From: Pseudomonadota bacterium
GTDB taxonomy: Bacteria; Pseudomonadota; Alphaproteobacteria; Rhizobiales; Xanthobacteraceae
Length of the DNA stretch: 64,000 nt
NCBI GenBank assembly: GCA_041694745.1
Contig: JBGFSD010000060.1
Span: forward strand, 10,812 to 74,811
Direction of reading: 5' to 3'
Program-made: the position numbers and the translations under genes
Notes under the pieces: generated by a model
What the model was told of the DNA's origin: nothing
The model's input: the letters and a program-made list of their open reading frames with translations, nothing else
Database searches by the model: none
Shown: positions 18,665-28,723 of the stretch, piece after piece
Numbering within the stretch: position 1 is the stretch's first letter
Layout of the letters: each line of letters starts with the position of its first letter

Positions 18665-19135
18665 CTAGCGAATGCCGGGCGCTTGAACCACACGAACGGT
18701 CCTGTCGAGCAGATCGTACAGCGTTTTCAACTCGCGCGAGCCGATCCGTTGCTCGATCGAGGCATAGATCTGTTCGGACTCCTTCGCCACACGCCGGAAC
18801 AGCACCTTGCCTTTCGCAGTGATCGAAACGATCACGTAGCGCTGATCGTCCCGGCTTGTGCGACGCTCGATGCGGCCTTCGTCCTCGAGGTTGGGCAGCA
18901 TCCGCGAAAGACTGGCCGGATGAATCTGACACATCTCGCCGAGCGCATTGATATCCATGGAGCCGGCCTCCGCAAGCGCACGCAGCACGCGCCATTGCTG
19001 CTCGCTAAGCCCGTGCTTTCTCAAATGCGGGCGAAACTCCTGCATCAGCGCCTCGCGCGCGCGCATGAGCTGCATCGGCAGCGAGCGTGCGAAGGGGCGC
19101 ATAGCGAGACCGCTGGAGGATTTTCTGTCCGTCAT
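18665..19135 (-). CDS. hpaR: MarR family regulator, HpaR-like (homoprotocatechuate operon repressor)
   Basis: Internal ATG at 19135 (MTDRKSS...) forms an ATGA overlap with the upstream FAH-family gene stop. The MarR wHTH is LSEQQWRVLRALAEAGSMDINALGEMCQIHPASLSRMLPNLEDEGRI. It sits in an hpa gene context. Confidence 0.75.
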   Translation of the reverse strand: MTDRKSSSGLAMRPFARSLPMQLMRAREALMQEFRPHLRKHGLSEQQWRVLRALAEAGSMDINALGEMCQIHPASLSRMLPNLEDEGRIERRTSRDDQRYVIVSITAKGKVLFRRVAKESEQIYASIEQRIGSRELKTLYDLLDRTVRVVQAPGIR

Positions 19136-19968
19136 TGCTCGGCCACGACCCTGTTCGAGAGCAGGCCGATGCGGGGCACCTCGACCTCGACGACATCGCC
19201 GGCTTTCAGCCATTTCGGGGGATCGAAGCGGGCACCCGCGCCGGTCGGCGTGCCGGTCACGATCATGTCGCCGGGCTTCAGCGTCGTGAAGGTGGTGATG
19301 TAGGCGATGAGATCGGCGAAGGCGAAGATCAGATTCTCGGTGGTGTCGTGCTGGCGCACTTCCCCGTTCACGCGCGTCGTGAGCTCGAGCCGATTCGCGG
19401 GATCGAGTTCGTCACGCGTCACCATCCAGGGGCCGATGCTGCCGGTAGCGTCGAAATTCTTGCCCTGCGTCACGTTGAACTTTCCGTGCCGCAGCCAGTC
19501 GCGGATCGAACCCTCGTTGCAGAGCGTGAGGCCCGCGACGTGGTCGAGCGCGCGCTCGCGCGGGATGCGGCGTCCGCGCTTTCCGATCACGAGCACGATC
19601 TCGCCTTCATAGTCGAACTGGTCGGACTCGCGCGGCTTCACAAGCGGCGTATTGTGGCCGACGAAAGAGCCCGGCGTACGCATGAACAGGCTCGGATATT
19701 TCGGCCGCTCGGACCCGTCTTTATATTCCTCGTTGCGGTTCGCGTAGTTGACGCCGACGCAGATGATCTTTTCCGGCGCGGTCACGGGCGACAGCAGCGT
19801 GACCTCGGCAAGCGGATATTCGGCCCCGCCGGCTTTGAGCGCGCCGAGGGCATTCTCCTCCAGCACGCCGCGCAGCGACGCCCCCTGCCCGCCGCAATCC
19901 GCGATCCGGTCTCCGGTGACAATGCCGAAGCTCTCCGTTTCGCCTCTGCGGAAACTCGCGATTTTCAA
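19132..19968 (-). CDS. fumarylacetoacetate hydrolase family protein (HpaG-like isomerase/decarboxylase)
   Basis: FAH-domain motifs: IICVGVNYANR, DYEGEIVLVIGKRG, and PGDMIVTGTPTGAG. The probable start is the TTG at 19968 (LKIASFRRGE...) with AGGA upstream. The longer track ORF start would cross the divergent promoter. Confidence 0.8.
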   Translation of the reverse strand: MKIASFRRGETESFGIVTGDRIADCGGQGASLRGVLEENALGALKAGGAEYPLAEVTLLSPVTAPEKIICVGVNYANRNEEYKDGSERPKYPSLFMRTPGSFVGHNTPLVKPRESDQFDYEGEIVLVIGKRGRRIPRERALDHVAGLTLCNEGSIRDWLRHGKFNVTQGKNFDATGSIGPWMVTRDELDPANRLELTTRVNGEVRQHDTTENLIFAFADLIAYITTFTTLKPGDMIVTGTPTGAGARFDPPKWLKAGDVVEVEVPRIGLLSNRVVAEQ

Positions 19969-20010
19969 TGCCTGTCCTTTCCGCTTGACGGGAGGCCGCT
20001 CCCGCCAGAT

Positions 20011-20026
20011 ACTTAACATGTTAAGT
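20011..20026. promoter_or_regulatory. perfect 16-bp palindrome ACTTAACATGTTAAGT in the divergent hpa promoter region (candidate HpaR operator)
   Basis: The sequence is exactly self-complementary. It is centred between the FAH-family/hpaR operon and the hpaF-E-D operon. Confidence 0.5.
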
Positions 20027-20062
20027 TTATCGGCGAGGCGGGTCAACCGCCCGGGAAACGCC

Positions 20063-20458
20063 ATGCCCCATTTCGTGATCGAATACTCCGCCAACTTGGA
20101 TCCGGACATCGACCCGCGCGCGATCGTCGAAGCCGTGCACAAGTCCGCCGTGGATTCGGGACTGTTCAAGATCGGCGGCATTCGCGTCCGCACACTCAAG
20201 CACGACATCTACAAGATCGCGGACGGAAATCCGGAGCATGCCTTCCTGCATGTACGTGCGAACATCCTGGAGGGCCGCTCCGCGGAGGATCGCGAGCGGC
20301 TCGGCAACGCAACGCTTGCCGCGGTTGATGCGCTGCTTTCGAGCGCACGAAAAAAGCGCGGCATTGCGCTGTCGGTCGAGATCGGGGAGATCGACCACAA
20401 CATGAGCTTCAAGAAGAACTCGCTGCACGCGCAGGTCGAGAAAGGCAGCGCGGCATGA
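20063..20458 (+). CDS. hpaF: 5-carboxymethyl-2-hydroxymuconate isomerase
   Basis: Internal ATG at 20063. MPHFVIEYSANL... (131 aa) matches the CHMI family N-terminus (E. coli HpcD begins MPHFIVECS). Confidence 0.8.
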   Translation: MPHFVIEYSANLDPDIDPRAIVEAVHKSAVDSGLFKIGGIRVRTLKHDIYKIADGNPEHAFLHVRANILEGRSAEDRERLGNATLAAVDALLSSARKKRGIALSVEIGEIDHNMSFKKNSLHAQVEKGSAA

Positions 20459-21963
20459 GCGCTTTCGACGACGCGCTCGCGCGTGCGCGGCAATATCTTG
20501 CGCGCTTTCGCGGCAAGACACTCCATCACTGGATCGACGGCAAGCCGGCAATCGGCAGCGGGGGCACCTTCGAAACGCGCTCGCCGGTGGACGATTCCCT
20601 GCTCGCGACGGTCGTGCGGGGCACTGCCGACGACATCGACCAGGCCGCGAAGACCGCGAAGCGCGCCTTCCTGCCCTGGCGCAAGACCAGCGGCGAACAG
20701 CGCCGCGAAATCCTGCACCGGATCGCGGATGCGATCGAGGCGCGCGCCGAGGAGATCGCGCTCACCGAGTGCATGGATACCGGCCAGCCGATCCGCTACA
20801 TGAGCAAGGCGGCGCTCCGGGGCGCGGAAAATTTCCGCTTCTATGCCGACCGCGCACCTTCGGCCGCAGACGGCCTGTCGCTGCCGACCGCGACACATCT
20901 GAATTACACGCTCCGCGAGCCGATCGGCCCGGTCGGCGTGATCACGCCGTGGAACACGCCGTTCATGCTTTCGACCTGGAAGATCGCGCCGGCGCTCGCG
21001 GCCGGATGCACCGTCGTGCACAAGCCCGCGGAGTGGAGCCCGCTCACGGCAGCGCTGCTCGCGGAAATCGCGCTCGAAGCCGGGCTGCCTGCGGGCGTAC
21101 TGAATGTCGTGCACGGCTTCGGCGAGGACGCCGGCCGCGCGCTCACCGAGCACCCGGACATCAAGGCGATCGGCTTTGTCGGCGAAACCTCGACCGGCAG
21201 CGCGATCATGGCGCAGGGGGCGCAGACGCTGAAGCGCGTGCATTTCGAACTCGGCGGCAAGAACCCGGTGATCGTGTTCGACGACGCCGATCTCGAGCGT
21301 TCGCTCGACGCGGTGCTGTTCATGATCTACAGCCTGAACGGCGAACGCTGCACCTCATCGAGCCGCGCGCTCGTGCAGGCCTCCATATATAAAGAGTTCG
21401 CGGCCAAAGCCGCCGCGCGCATCAAGAAGATCAAGGTCGGCCACCCGCTCGATCCCGCGACCGAGATCGGCCCGCTCATTCATCAGCGGCATGTGCAGAA
21501 GGTGATGTCCTATGTGGATGCCGCGCGCAGCGCGGGTGCCACCGTTGCGGCCGGCGGCGTACGCTCCTCGCTCGGCGAAAACTACGTGGAGCCCACGCTT
21601 TACACGGGCGCGAACAACACGATGAAGATCGCGCAGGAAGAAATTTTCGGGCCGGTGCTGACCATGATCCCCTTTGCCGACGAGCAGGAGGCGCTCTCGA
21701 TCGCAAACGACGTGCGCTACGGGCTGACCGCCTACATCTGGACGCGCGATGTCGGCCGCGCGCATCGCATGGCGCAGGGCGTCGAAGCCGGCATGGTCTG
21801 GGTGAACTCGGAGAACGTGCGGCATCTGCCGACGCCGTTCGGCGGCGTGAAGAACTCCGGCATCGGCCGCGACGGCGGCGACTACAGCTTCGATTTCTAC
21901 ATGGAGACGAAGAACATCGCGATCGCGCTCGGCGATCACAAGATTTCCCGTCTCGGCGTCTGA
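20455..21963 (+). CDS. hpaE: 5-carboxymethyl-2-hydroxymuconate semialdehyde dehydrogenase (aldehyde dehydrogenase family)
   Basis: 502 aa. ALDH motifs FELGGKNP and the catalytic NGERCTSSSR region are present. ATGA overlap with hpaF. Confidence 0.85.
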   Translation: MSAFDDALARARQYLARFRGKTLHHWIDGKPAIGSGGTFETRSPVDDSLLATVVRGTADDIDQAAKTAKRAFLPWRKTSGEQRREILHRIADAIEARAEEIALTECMDTGQPIRYMSKAALRGAENFRFYADRAPSAADGLSLPTATHLNYTLREPIGPVGVITPWNTPFMLSTWKIAPALAAGCTVVHKPAEWSPLTAALLAEIALEAGLPAGVLNVVHGFGEDAGRALTEHPDIKAIGFVGETSTGSAIMAQGAQTLKRVHFELGGKNPVIVFDDADLERSLDAVLFMIYSLNGERCTSSSRALVQASIYKEFAAKAAARIKKIKVGHPLDPATEIGPLIHQRHVQKVMSYVDAARSAGATVAAGGVRSSLGENYVEPTLYTGANNTMKIAQEEIFGPVLTMIPFADEQEALSIANDVRYGLTAYIWTRDVGRAHRMAQGVEAGMVWVNSENVRHLPTPFGGVKNSGIGRDGGDYSFDFYMETKNIAIALGDHKISRLGV

Positions 21964-21978
21964 AGGAAAGCCTGCGCC

Positions 21979-22959
21979 ATGCCGATTCCGAAGCCCGTAT
22001 TCAACCCGCCCTTCAACGTCGTTCGTGTCTCGCATGTCGAGTTCGGCGTCTCCGATCTTTCGCGTTCGCGCGCCTTCTATGTCGATTGCCTCGGCTACAC
22101 GGTCACCGCGGCCTCCAATGACGCGATCCGCCTGCGCGCGATCGAGGAACGCAATCACCACTCGATCATCCTGAAGAAGGCGGACGCGAAGGCGCGCGTG
22201 CTCGGCTTCAAGCTCGCGAGCGAGGAGGATCTGGAGCGCGCAAGGCACTGGTTCAACAAGAAAGGCCTGCCCGCGAAGTTCGTCGAAATCCCGCATCAGG
22301 GCCGCACGCTGCATGCGGCCGACATTCACGGCATGCCGCTCGAGTTCTATTTCTCGATGGATCAGGCGCAATCGCTGCTGCAAAAATACGGCGAGCATCG
22401 CGGCGCGCGCATCCAGCGCATCGATCACGTCAACTGCTTCACGCCCGACGTGCAGGCGAGCGTCGACTTCTATACCGAGCTCGGCTTCCGCGCGACGGAA
22501 TACACCGAAACCGAAGACCCGGATCCGAAACTCTGGGCGGTGTGGATGCACCGCAAGGGCAACGTGCACGACCTCGCCTTCACCAACGGCTACGGCCCGC
22601 GGCTCCATCACATCGGCGTCTGGACCGCGACACCGATGGACATTCTCAACATCTGCGACGTGATGGCGACGACGGGATTTCTCAAGAACATGGAGCGCGG
22701 GCCGGGCCGTCACGGAATCTCCAACGCCTTCTTCCTCTATGTCCGCGATCCTGACGGGCATCGGGTCGAACTCTTCACGAGCGACTACCTGACCGCCGAT
22801 CCCGATCACGCGCCGATCCGCTGGACGCTGCGCGATCCGCAGCGGCAGACGCTGTGGGGCCATCCGGCACCGCAGTCGTGGTTCGAGGAGGGTTCGGAGT
22901 TTCCGGGGGTCGCGGTGCGCGAGCCCGCACTCAAGGCGCAGCCGATCGTCGCGCGGTAA
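21979..22959 (+). CDS. hpaD: 3,4-dihydroxyphenylacetate (homoprotocatechuate) 2,3-dioxygenase, type I extradiol/VOC fold
   Basis: 326 aa with two VOC modules (VSHVEFGVSDLSRSRAFY and IDHVNCFTPDVQASVDFY) and metal-ligand His/Glu contexts. It sits in an hpa context. Confidence 0.8.
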   Translation: MPIPKPVFNPPFNVVRVSHVEFGVSDLSRSRAFYVDCLGYTVTAASNDAIRLRAIEERNHHSIILKKADAKARVLGFKLASEEDLERARHWFNKKGLPAKFVEIPHQGRTLHAADIHGMPLEFYFSMDQAQSLLQKYGEHRGARIQRIDHVNCFTPDVQASVDFYTELGFRATEYTETEDPDPKLWAVWMHRKGNVHDLAFTNGYGPRLHHIGVWTATPMDILNICDVMATTGFLKNMERGPGRHGISNAFFLYVRDPDGHRVELFTSDYLTADPDHAPIRWTLRDPQRQTLWGHPAPQSWFEEGSEFPGVAVREPALKAQPIVAR

Positions 22960-22994
22960 TTTCCTAGAAGGAACCGGTTACCTGACAAGCTAAA

Positions 22995-23128
22995 CTCGTC
23001 ATGGCCGGCACTCGGGTCCGGCTTCGCCGGCCCGAGCACATTCCTTGTGCCGGGCATCCACGCCTTTGCTGCGCGAAAAACCCTAAAGACGTGGATGGCC
23101 GGGACAAGTGTTCAGCCCGGCCATAACG
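22995..23128. repeat. REP-like imperfect palindrome, same family as 12389..12473
   Basis: CTCGTCATGGCCGG...GTGCCGGGCATCCACGCC...GACGTGGATGGCCGGGAC...CCCGGCCATAACG. Confidence 0.7.
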
Positions 23129-23151
23129 ATTGAACTTGAGAATACCCCTGC

Positions 23152-23787
23152 TCAGCGCGCGTTGCGGATCGAGTCTTCCAGAAGATCGATGTTGTTCTGG
23201 ATGTACTTGTTGCCGGGATCTTTCGCCTTGGCGGCGGCGAGCTTGATGCGCGCGTTCTTGTAGTCCCCGCGCAAAATGTACGAGTAGCCGTGGTTGTTCA
23301 GCAGTTCCGGCGTCGGTCCGCGAATTGCCAGGGCCTGCTGGTACGCGCGGTCGGCGAGATCGAAGCGGCGCAGCTTGTCGTAGGAAGCGGCGAGACCCAT
23401 CCAAGCTTCGGCATTTTGCGGAGCGGCCTCGACGGCGCGGCGGAAGTGGCGCTCCGCAAGGCCGAAGTTCTGCTCGCGATAGTGCTTCTTGCCGAGCTTG
23501 ATGTCGTCGGCGGGGTTGTTGCCGGTGAGCGCCTCGCCGCGCGGCGTGTTGTTCAGCGGATTGTTGTAGACCGGACGCTCCTCGGCTGCCTGCGGCGGCG
23601 GGACTTCCTGCTCGTCGAAGCTGTTTGCCTGCGGAGCCGGCGGATGATCGAACGCCGCATTATTGTTCGCCGGCGCCGGCGGTTCGAACGAGCCGAACAG
23701 ATCGAACGAGCCGTCGGTCTTGCAGCCGGCAAGCGTCAGCGCCATGAACGCTGCAAGGAGGATCGAACGCGCGGCTACGATACGCAT
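23152..23787 (-). CDS. TPR-repeat lipoprotein (TadD-like position at the end of the tad cluster)
   Basis: Internal ATG at 23787. MRIVAARSILLAAFMALTLAGC is a lipobox. A Pro/Asn-rich linker is followed by TPR repeats (AEAWMGLAASYDKLRRFDLADRAYQQALAI). Confidence 0.7.
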   Translation of the reverse strand: MRIVAARSILLAAFMALTLAGCKTDGSFDLFGSFEPPAPANNNAAFDHPPAPQANSFDEQEVPPPQAAEERPVYNNPLNNTPRGEALTGNNPADDIKLGKKHYREQNFGLAERHFRRAVEAAPQNAEAWMGLAASYDKLRRFDLADRAYQQALAIRGPTPELLNNHGYSYILRGDYKNARIKLAAAKAKDPGNKYIQNNIDLLEDSIRNAR

Positions 23788-23921
23788 GTGCAAACTACCC
23801 GGGTCCTCGAAGCGATACGCACTCCGTGCCTTCGCGCCGCGGTGCGGCGAACTCGAGCGGACCCTCGCCGGAACGAGCCTAAAAGCGGACGGTAAACAAA
23901 CCATTGCGGGCGCGTTCCTCT

Positions 23922-24902
23922 CTAGAAGGGGCCGTATTTCACACGAATGTAGGCGGGCAGCATGGTGACGATGACGAGCACCGGGAAGATGCAGAGCACG
24001 AGCGGCACCGAGAGCTTCGCAGGCAGGCTGTAGGCCTTCTCTTCCGCGGTGGAGAGCCGCTTGTGACGCATGTCGTCGGAGTAGACGCGGAGTGCCTCGG
24101 TGAGACTCGAACCCAGTTCGGCCGACTGCTGCAGGAGGGTCGCGAAGGCCCGCGCCTCCTCGAGGCCGAGGCGGTCCGCGAGATGCTCGAGCGCCTCGCT
24201 CAAGGTGCGCCCGGCGCGGATTTCGAGCGTCGCCATGTGGATGTTGGCGCTGAGCGACGGGTAGGAATCCGACAGTTCGCGGCCGACGCGATCGAGCGAG
24301 GCCTCCATCGAAAGTCCCGCGTCGGCGCAGACCACCAGCAGATCCATGAAGTCCGGAAAGCCGGCGCGGTGCTCGTGCTGGCGGGTCTTGATGCGCCGGT
24401 CGAGATAGAGACTGGGCGCCATGTAGCCCATCATTCCGGAGCAGAGCACGCACATCCAGAACCAGGTCGGCGTCAGTTCGGGCAGCAGCATCGGCACGGC
24501 CGGCATCGCGACCGCCGCGAAGACAATGGCGAGCGCGGTCCGCGCGATGAAGAAGAATCCCGGCGCGCGCGGATCGAGCAGCCCCGCCTCGATCAGCTTG
24601 CGGCGGAGCATCTTCATATTGGTGTTGTCGGCGGATGCGTAGTGTTTCGTCGTATACTCGATCAGTCTCTGCGCGGCGGCGATGCTTGCATAGCGCAGCG
24701 AGCGCTTGTCGGAGGCCTCGTTGACGCGGCCCGGCACGTCCGCCGTGATCGCCGACGCGCGCCGCTTCAGCTCGGCGCGGTTTCTCACGACCGACATGAT
24801 GCCGAGCGACAAGGCAGCCGTCGCAAAGAAAATCAGCGCGCTCACGAGCGTCACGGGGTTGTTGCCCACCAGCGGCGACAGCGCGGAGTAAAGAGCTTCC
24901 AT
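23922..24902 (-). CDS. tadC: Flp pilus assembly membrane protein TadC (T2SS F-domain)
   Basis: 326 aa with a GspF/T2SSF-like domain, positioned after tadB. Confidence 0.8.
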   Translation of the reverse strand: MEALYSALSPLVGNNPVTLVSALIFFATAALSLGIMSVVRNRAELKRRASAITADVPGRVNEASDKRSLRYASIAAAQRLIEYTTKHYASADNTNMKMLRRKLIEAGLLDPRAPGFFFIARTALAIVFAAVAMPAVPMLLPELTPTWFWMCVLCSGMMGYMAPSLYLDRRIKTRQHEHRAGFPDFMDLLVVCADAGLSMEASLDRVGRELSDSYPSLSANIHMATLEIRAGRTLSEALEHLADRLGLEEARAFATLLQQSAELGSSLTEALRVYSDDMRHKRLSTAEEKAYSLPAKLSVPLVLCIFPVLVIVTMLPAYIRVKYGPF

Positions 24903-24906
24903 CGCG

Positions 24907-25875
24907 CTAGATCCTGAAGTTCACGAGACGCCACATGATGTAATTTCCGGTCAGCATCCAGGCTCCGGCACAGGCAAGCACGATCTTCGTCAGGTCGATG
25001 TGCCAGACCTTGCCGTAGAAGTCCGGCGTCATGGATTGCAGAATCGCGAACATCGCGATCGGCAGACCGGAGAGAATGATCGCGGAGTATTTGCCCTCGG
25101 CGGCGAGCGCCTTGACCTTGCGCCGCATCTTGAAGCGCAGCCGGATGATCGCCGAAAGGTTTTGCAGGATTTCGCTCAGGTTTCCGCCGGTCGAACCCTG
25201 AATGGCCACCGCGGTCACGAACAGCGGCAGATCGTCCTGCCCCACACGGAAATAGAGCGAACGCATCGCGGTCTCGAGGTCGGCGCCGTAGGTGACCTCG
25301 TCCGACACCATGCCGAACTCGGAGCCTATGGGATCGGGCATTTCACGCGCTACCATCGAGATCGCGACCGGCACGGGATGGCCGGCCTTCAGGCTTCGCA
25401 CGATGATGTCGATCGCGTCCGGGAACTGCGCACCGAAGGCCTTGTGGCGGCGGCTGCGCCGAATGCGCAGCGCCAGAAGCGGCAGGAAAATCGAGCAGAG
25501 CAGCGCCGCGATCGCCGCCTGAAAAAAACTCTCACGCAGCACCCAGACGACGGCGAAGCATGCCACGAAAAGTATCGCACAGATCGCGGCAAGCCTGCCG
25601 ACCGAGAGCTTCAGTCCTGATTGCAGCACCAGCCGGTTCAGGGACGTGAACGCGCTCGAATAGGTGCCGGCCGCGGTGAGCGAACGCTCGCGCCGGAGCT
25701 GCACGAGAATCTGCTCGCGGTTCGGCTGATGCTTCATCAGGCGCAGGCGCCGGTTCAGCGTACTGCGGTACGACGCCTTGTTGTAGAAAAACAGATAGGT
25801 CGCCTCCGCGACGAGAATCGCGGAGACCGCCGCCAGAAAATAGAACAGGTGAAGCTGATCGATCTCGAACGGCAT
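24907..25875 (-). CDS. tadB: Flp pilus assembly membrane protein TadB (T2SS F-domain)
   Basis: 322 aa with a T2SSF-like domain, immediately downstream of cpaF. Confidence 0.8.
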   Translation of the reverse strand: MPFEIDQLHLFYFLAAVSAILVAEATYLFFYNKASYRSTLNRRLRLMKHQPNREQILVQLRRERSLTAAGTYSSAFTSLNRLVLQSGLKLSVGRLAAICAILFVACFAVVWVLRESFFQAAIAALLCSIFLPLLALRIRRSRRHKAFGAQFPDAIDIIVRSLKAGHPVPVAISMVAREMPDPIGSEFGMVSDEVTYGADLETAMRSLYFRVGQDDLPLFVTAVAIQGSTGGNLSEILQNLSAIIRLRFKMRRKVKALAAEGKYSAIILSGLPIAMFAILQSMTPDFYGKVWHIDLTKIVLACAGAWMLTGNYIMWRLVNFRI

Positions 25876-25881
25876 CGCGCG

Positions 25882-27309
25882 TCACAAGTGCTGCGAGGGA
25901 TCGAAATAGGAGCCCGGGATATTGATCCCGCGCGCGGTCAGTTCCGCGAGGAAGCGCGGCCGCACGCCGGTCGCCTGGAAGTGACCTTCCACCGAACCGT
26001 CGGCGGCGGTGCCGGTACGAACATATTTGTAGATTTCCTGCATCTGCAGGATGTCGCCTTCCATGCCGGTGATCTCGGCGATGCTCGTAACCTTGCGCTT
26101 GCCGTCGGAGAGGCGCTGCAACTGAACGATCAGCTTCACGGCCGAAGCGATCTGGCCGCGGATGCTCGCGATCGTCATCGGCATTCCGGCCATGCCGATC
26201 ATCTGCTCCAGACGCGAAATCGCCTCGCGGGGGGCGTTGGCGTGAATGGTCGCCATCGAGCCTTCGTGGCCCGTATTCATCGCCTGCAACATGTCGAAAG
26301 CTTCCTCGCCGCGGCACTCGCCGAGGATGATGCGGTCGGGGCGCATACGCAGCGCGTTCTTCACGAGTTCGCGCTGTCGAATCTCGCCTTTGCCTTCGAT
26401 ATTCGGCGGCCGGGTTTCCATGCGGCCGACATGCGGCTGCTGAAGCTGCAATTCGGCGGCGTCCTCGATGGTGACGAGACGCTCCTTCTCCGAAATGAAG
26501 GCGGAGAGCGCGTTCAGCATCGTGGTCTTGCCGGAGCCGGTGCCGCCGGAAATGAGAAGCGTCACGCGCGCCTTCACGGCGGCCGCGAGCACTTCCGCCA
26601 TCTGCGGACGGATCGCACCGATGTCGATCAGCTTGTTCAGATTGAATGGCTTCTTGGAGAATTTGCGGATCGAGACCAGCGGCCCGTCCACCGCGATCGG
26701 GCGGATCGCGACGTTGACGCGCGAGCCGTCCAAGAGGCGTGCGTCGCAGAGCGGATGCGACTCGTCGACGCGGCGGCCGACCGCGGACACGATCTTGTTT
26801 ACGATGCGCAGAAGGTGCGGCTCGTCCTTGAAGCGCACCGGGGTCGCTTCCAGCATGCCCATGCGCTCGACAAAGACGCATTCGGGGCCGTTGATCAGAA
26901 TGTCGTTGATGGTCGGATCCTTGAGCAGCGGCTCGATAGGACCGAGACCCGTCATCTCGTCGATGATCTCGCTCACGAATTCGTCGAGCTCGTTCCCGTT
27001 CAGGGCGATGCGCTCCGCCTTCGTGAACTGGGACACCATGTTGTAGACCTGCCGGCGGACCTCTTCCTCCGGCAATTTTTCCATCGCGGAAAGATTGAAC
27101 TCCTCGATGACCTTGCGGTGCAGGCGCACCTTGGCATCGAGCATCCGGCTCGTGAGCAGAAGGTTCTGTGCGCCGGCGGGCTCGGGCTCGGGCGAGTTCG
27201 CGAGATTGTCGAGCAGCGAAGGCTCGAGCCGCGGCGCTTCGACTTCCGGAAGCGGCGCCGGTGCGGGCTGCGGCGCCGTTCGCGCACTGAAACGTCCGAG
27301 CACGGCCAT
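25882..27309 (-). CDS. cpaF: Flp pilus assembly ATPase CpaF/TadA
   Basis: 475 aa. Walker [17 protein letters not shown], plus Asp/His boxes of the T2SS/T4SS E-type secretion ATPases. Confidence 0.9.
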   Translation of the reverse strand: MAVLGRFSARTAPQPAPAPLPEVEAPRLEPSLLDNLANSPEPEPAGAQNLLLTSRMLDAKVRLHRKVIEEFNLSAMEKLPEEEVRRQVYNMVSQFTKAERIALNGNELDEFVSEIIDEMTGLGPIEPLLKDPTINDILINGPECVFVERMGMLEATPVRFKDEPHLLRIVNKIVSAVGRRVDESHPLCDARLLDGSRVNVAIRPIAVDGPLVSIRKFSKKPFNLNKLIDIGAIRPQMAEVLAAAVKARVTLLISGGTGSGKTTMLNALSAFISEKERLVTIEDAAELQLQQPHVGRMETRPPNIEGKGEIRQRELVKNALRMRPDRIILGECRGEEAFDMLQAMNTGHEGSMATIHANAPREAISRLEQMIGMAGMPMTIASIRGQIASAVKLIVQLQRLSDGKRKVTSIAEITGMEGDILQMQEIYKYVRTGTAADGSVEGHFQATGVRPRFLAELTARGINIPGSYFDPSQHL

Positions 27310-27315
27310 GATCCC

Positions 27316-28530
27316 TTATCCCGCCTTCCTGAAGAGGCGCGACAGGGCGCCGGTCTGTTTGGATTCTTTCGCCGCCGGAAGGATCAGCTTCTTCAGCGCG
27401 AGCACGACGTTGTTTCCGGGCTTCACCTCCTCAAGCGGAATGCCGCGGTCGATCGCTTCGCGAACGATGCGGAAATTGTTGGGTACCGATCCTGCGAAGG
27501 CACCGCCAAGGGCGCTTTCGATATCCGCAAGCCGCAGCCCGGGTGCGAACATGCGCGACTCGAAGCGGTTTACGATCACCTGCGGATTCGCACTCTCGCC
27601 AAGGCGCTCGTTGATCGCGGACACGAGCTTCTTAGCGTGACGCAGACCGGGGATCGTCATCTCGCTCACGATAAAGAGCTTGTTCGAGCCCAGGAGCACG
27701 CTGTCGGTCCACGGAAACCAGGTGCGCGGCATGTCGATCACGACGTAGCGAAAATGCGACGAAACGAGATCGAGCAGGCGCGTGACCATGACCGGGTCGA
27801 AGGAGCGCATCTCGGCCGGGCGGTTCGGCGCCGCGATCACGGAAAGTCCGGAGGAATGATGCGTCAGCATCACTTCGAGCAGATGCCGGTCGAGGCGCTC
27901 CGGACGCGGCTCGATCTCGCTCAAATCGAGGCGGGGCTCGATATCGAGATAGTCGGCGACCGCGCCGTGCTGGAAATCGAGATCGACCAGACAGGTCGAG
28001 GAGCCTCCGCGCGTGGAACCTTGCAAGAGGAGCGCGGCCTGAATTGCGATCGAGGTTACGCCGACGCCTCCGGCCGAAGGCAGGAAGGTGAAAATCTCCG
28101 CCTCCGCTGCGTTCTCGCCTTGCGCCGGCTTCTTGGCGGCGCGAGCGCAGGCGCGCACGAGTTCGATCGGCGCGACGGGCTTCACAAGAAAATCCGCGAC
28201 GCGAATTTGCAGCAGCCGGCGCGCGACGTTCTCGTCGAAGAACTGCGTCACCACCACCGCGGGCGCGCTGCCCGACTTTGCGGTTAGACGCGCCAGCGCG
28301 GCAATCTGCGCCTCGTCCGACGCGTCGAGATCGACGATAACGACGGCGGCCCCGCCGACCGGCGCATCATCGACCTGCGTGAGATCGCTTTCCACCATCT
28401 CAAGCGAAATCTGCAGCTGCGACGAGAACGTCGTCTCGACCATCTGCCGGAATTGCCGGTCAGACGAGATGGTCACGACATGCGTCGTCCCGCTTTTCCT
28501 GCTGTGATCGTTCATCGCTCTCGTCCGCAA
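27316..28530 (-). CDS. cpaE: Flp pilus assembly protein CpaE/TadZ (receiver-like N-domain plus MinD/ParA-like ATPase fold)
   Basis: 404 aa with an atypical P-loop region SAGGVGVTSIA, in the conserved position upstream of cpaF. Confidence 0.8.
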   Translation of the reverse strand: MRTRAMNDHSRKSGTTHVVTISSDRQFRQMVETTFSSQLQISLEMVESDLTQVDDAPVGGAAVVIVDLDASDEAQIAALARLTAKSGSAPAVVVTQFFDENVARRLLQIRVADFLVKPVAPIELVRACARAAKKPAQGENAAEAEIFTFLPSAGGVGVTSIAIQAALLLQGSTRGGSSTCLVDLDFQHGAVADYLDIEPRLDLSEIEPRPERLDRHLLEVMLTHHSSGLSVIAAPNRPAEMRSFDPVMVTRLLDLVSSHFRYVVIDMPRTWFPWTDSVLLGSNKLFIVSEMTIPGLRHAKKLVSAINERLGESANPQVIVNRFESRMFAPGLRLADIESALGGAFAGSVPNNFRIVREAIDRGIPLEEVKPGNNVVLALKKLILPAAKESKQTGALSRLFRKAG

Positions 28531-28663
28531 GTCCCCATGCTTCCCCGCTCATTCGCGTGGCACTTTGGGTATATTTGTAGCGCCTGCGAGTTTCGTCCGA
28601 ATGAAATTGCGAGGTTGAATTGAATAGAACTTTACGGATTGCCCTCAGAAACGCGAAAGCAGA

Positions 28664-28689
28664 ACCCGCCCGCATTCGTGCGGGCGGGT
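28664..28689 (-). terminator. hairpin inside the tad cluster, between the lipoprotein gene and cpaE
   Basis: ACCCGCCCGC-N6-GCGGGCGGGT (10-bp stem) about 35 nt after the lipoprotein stop. The T-tract is weak. It lies in a ~190-nt AT-richer gap. Confidence 0.4.
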
Positions 28690-28723
28690 CTATGCGACCG
28701 GTCTGCTTCGCGGAGCGGAGAGC

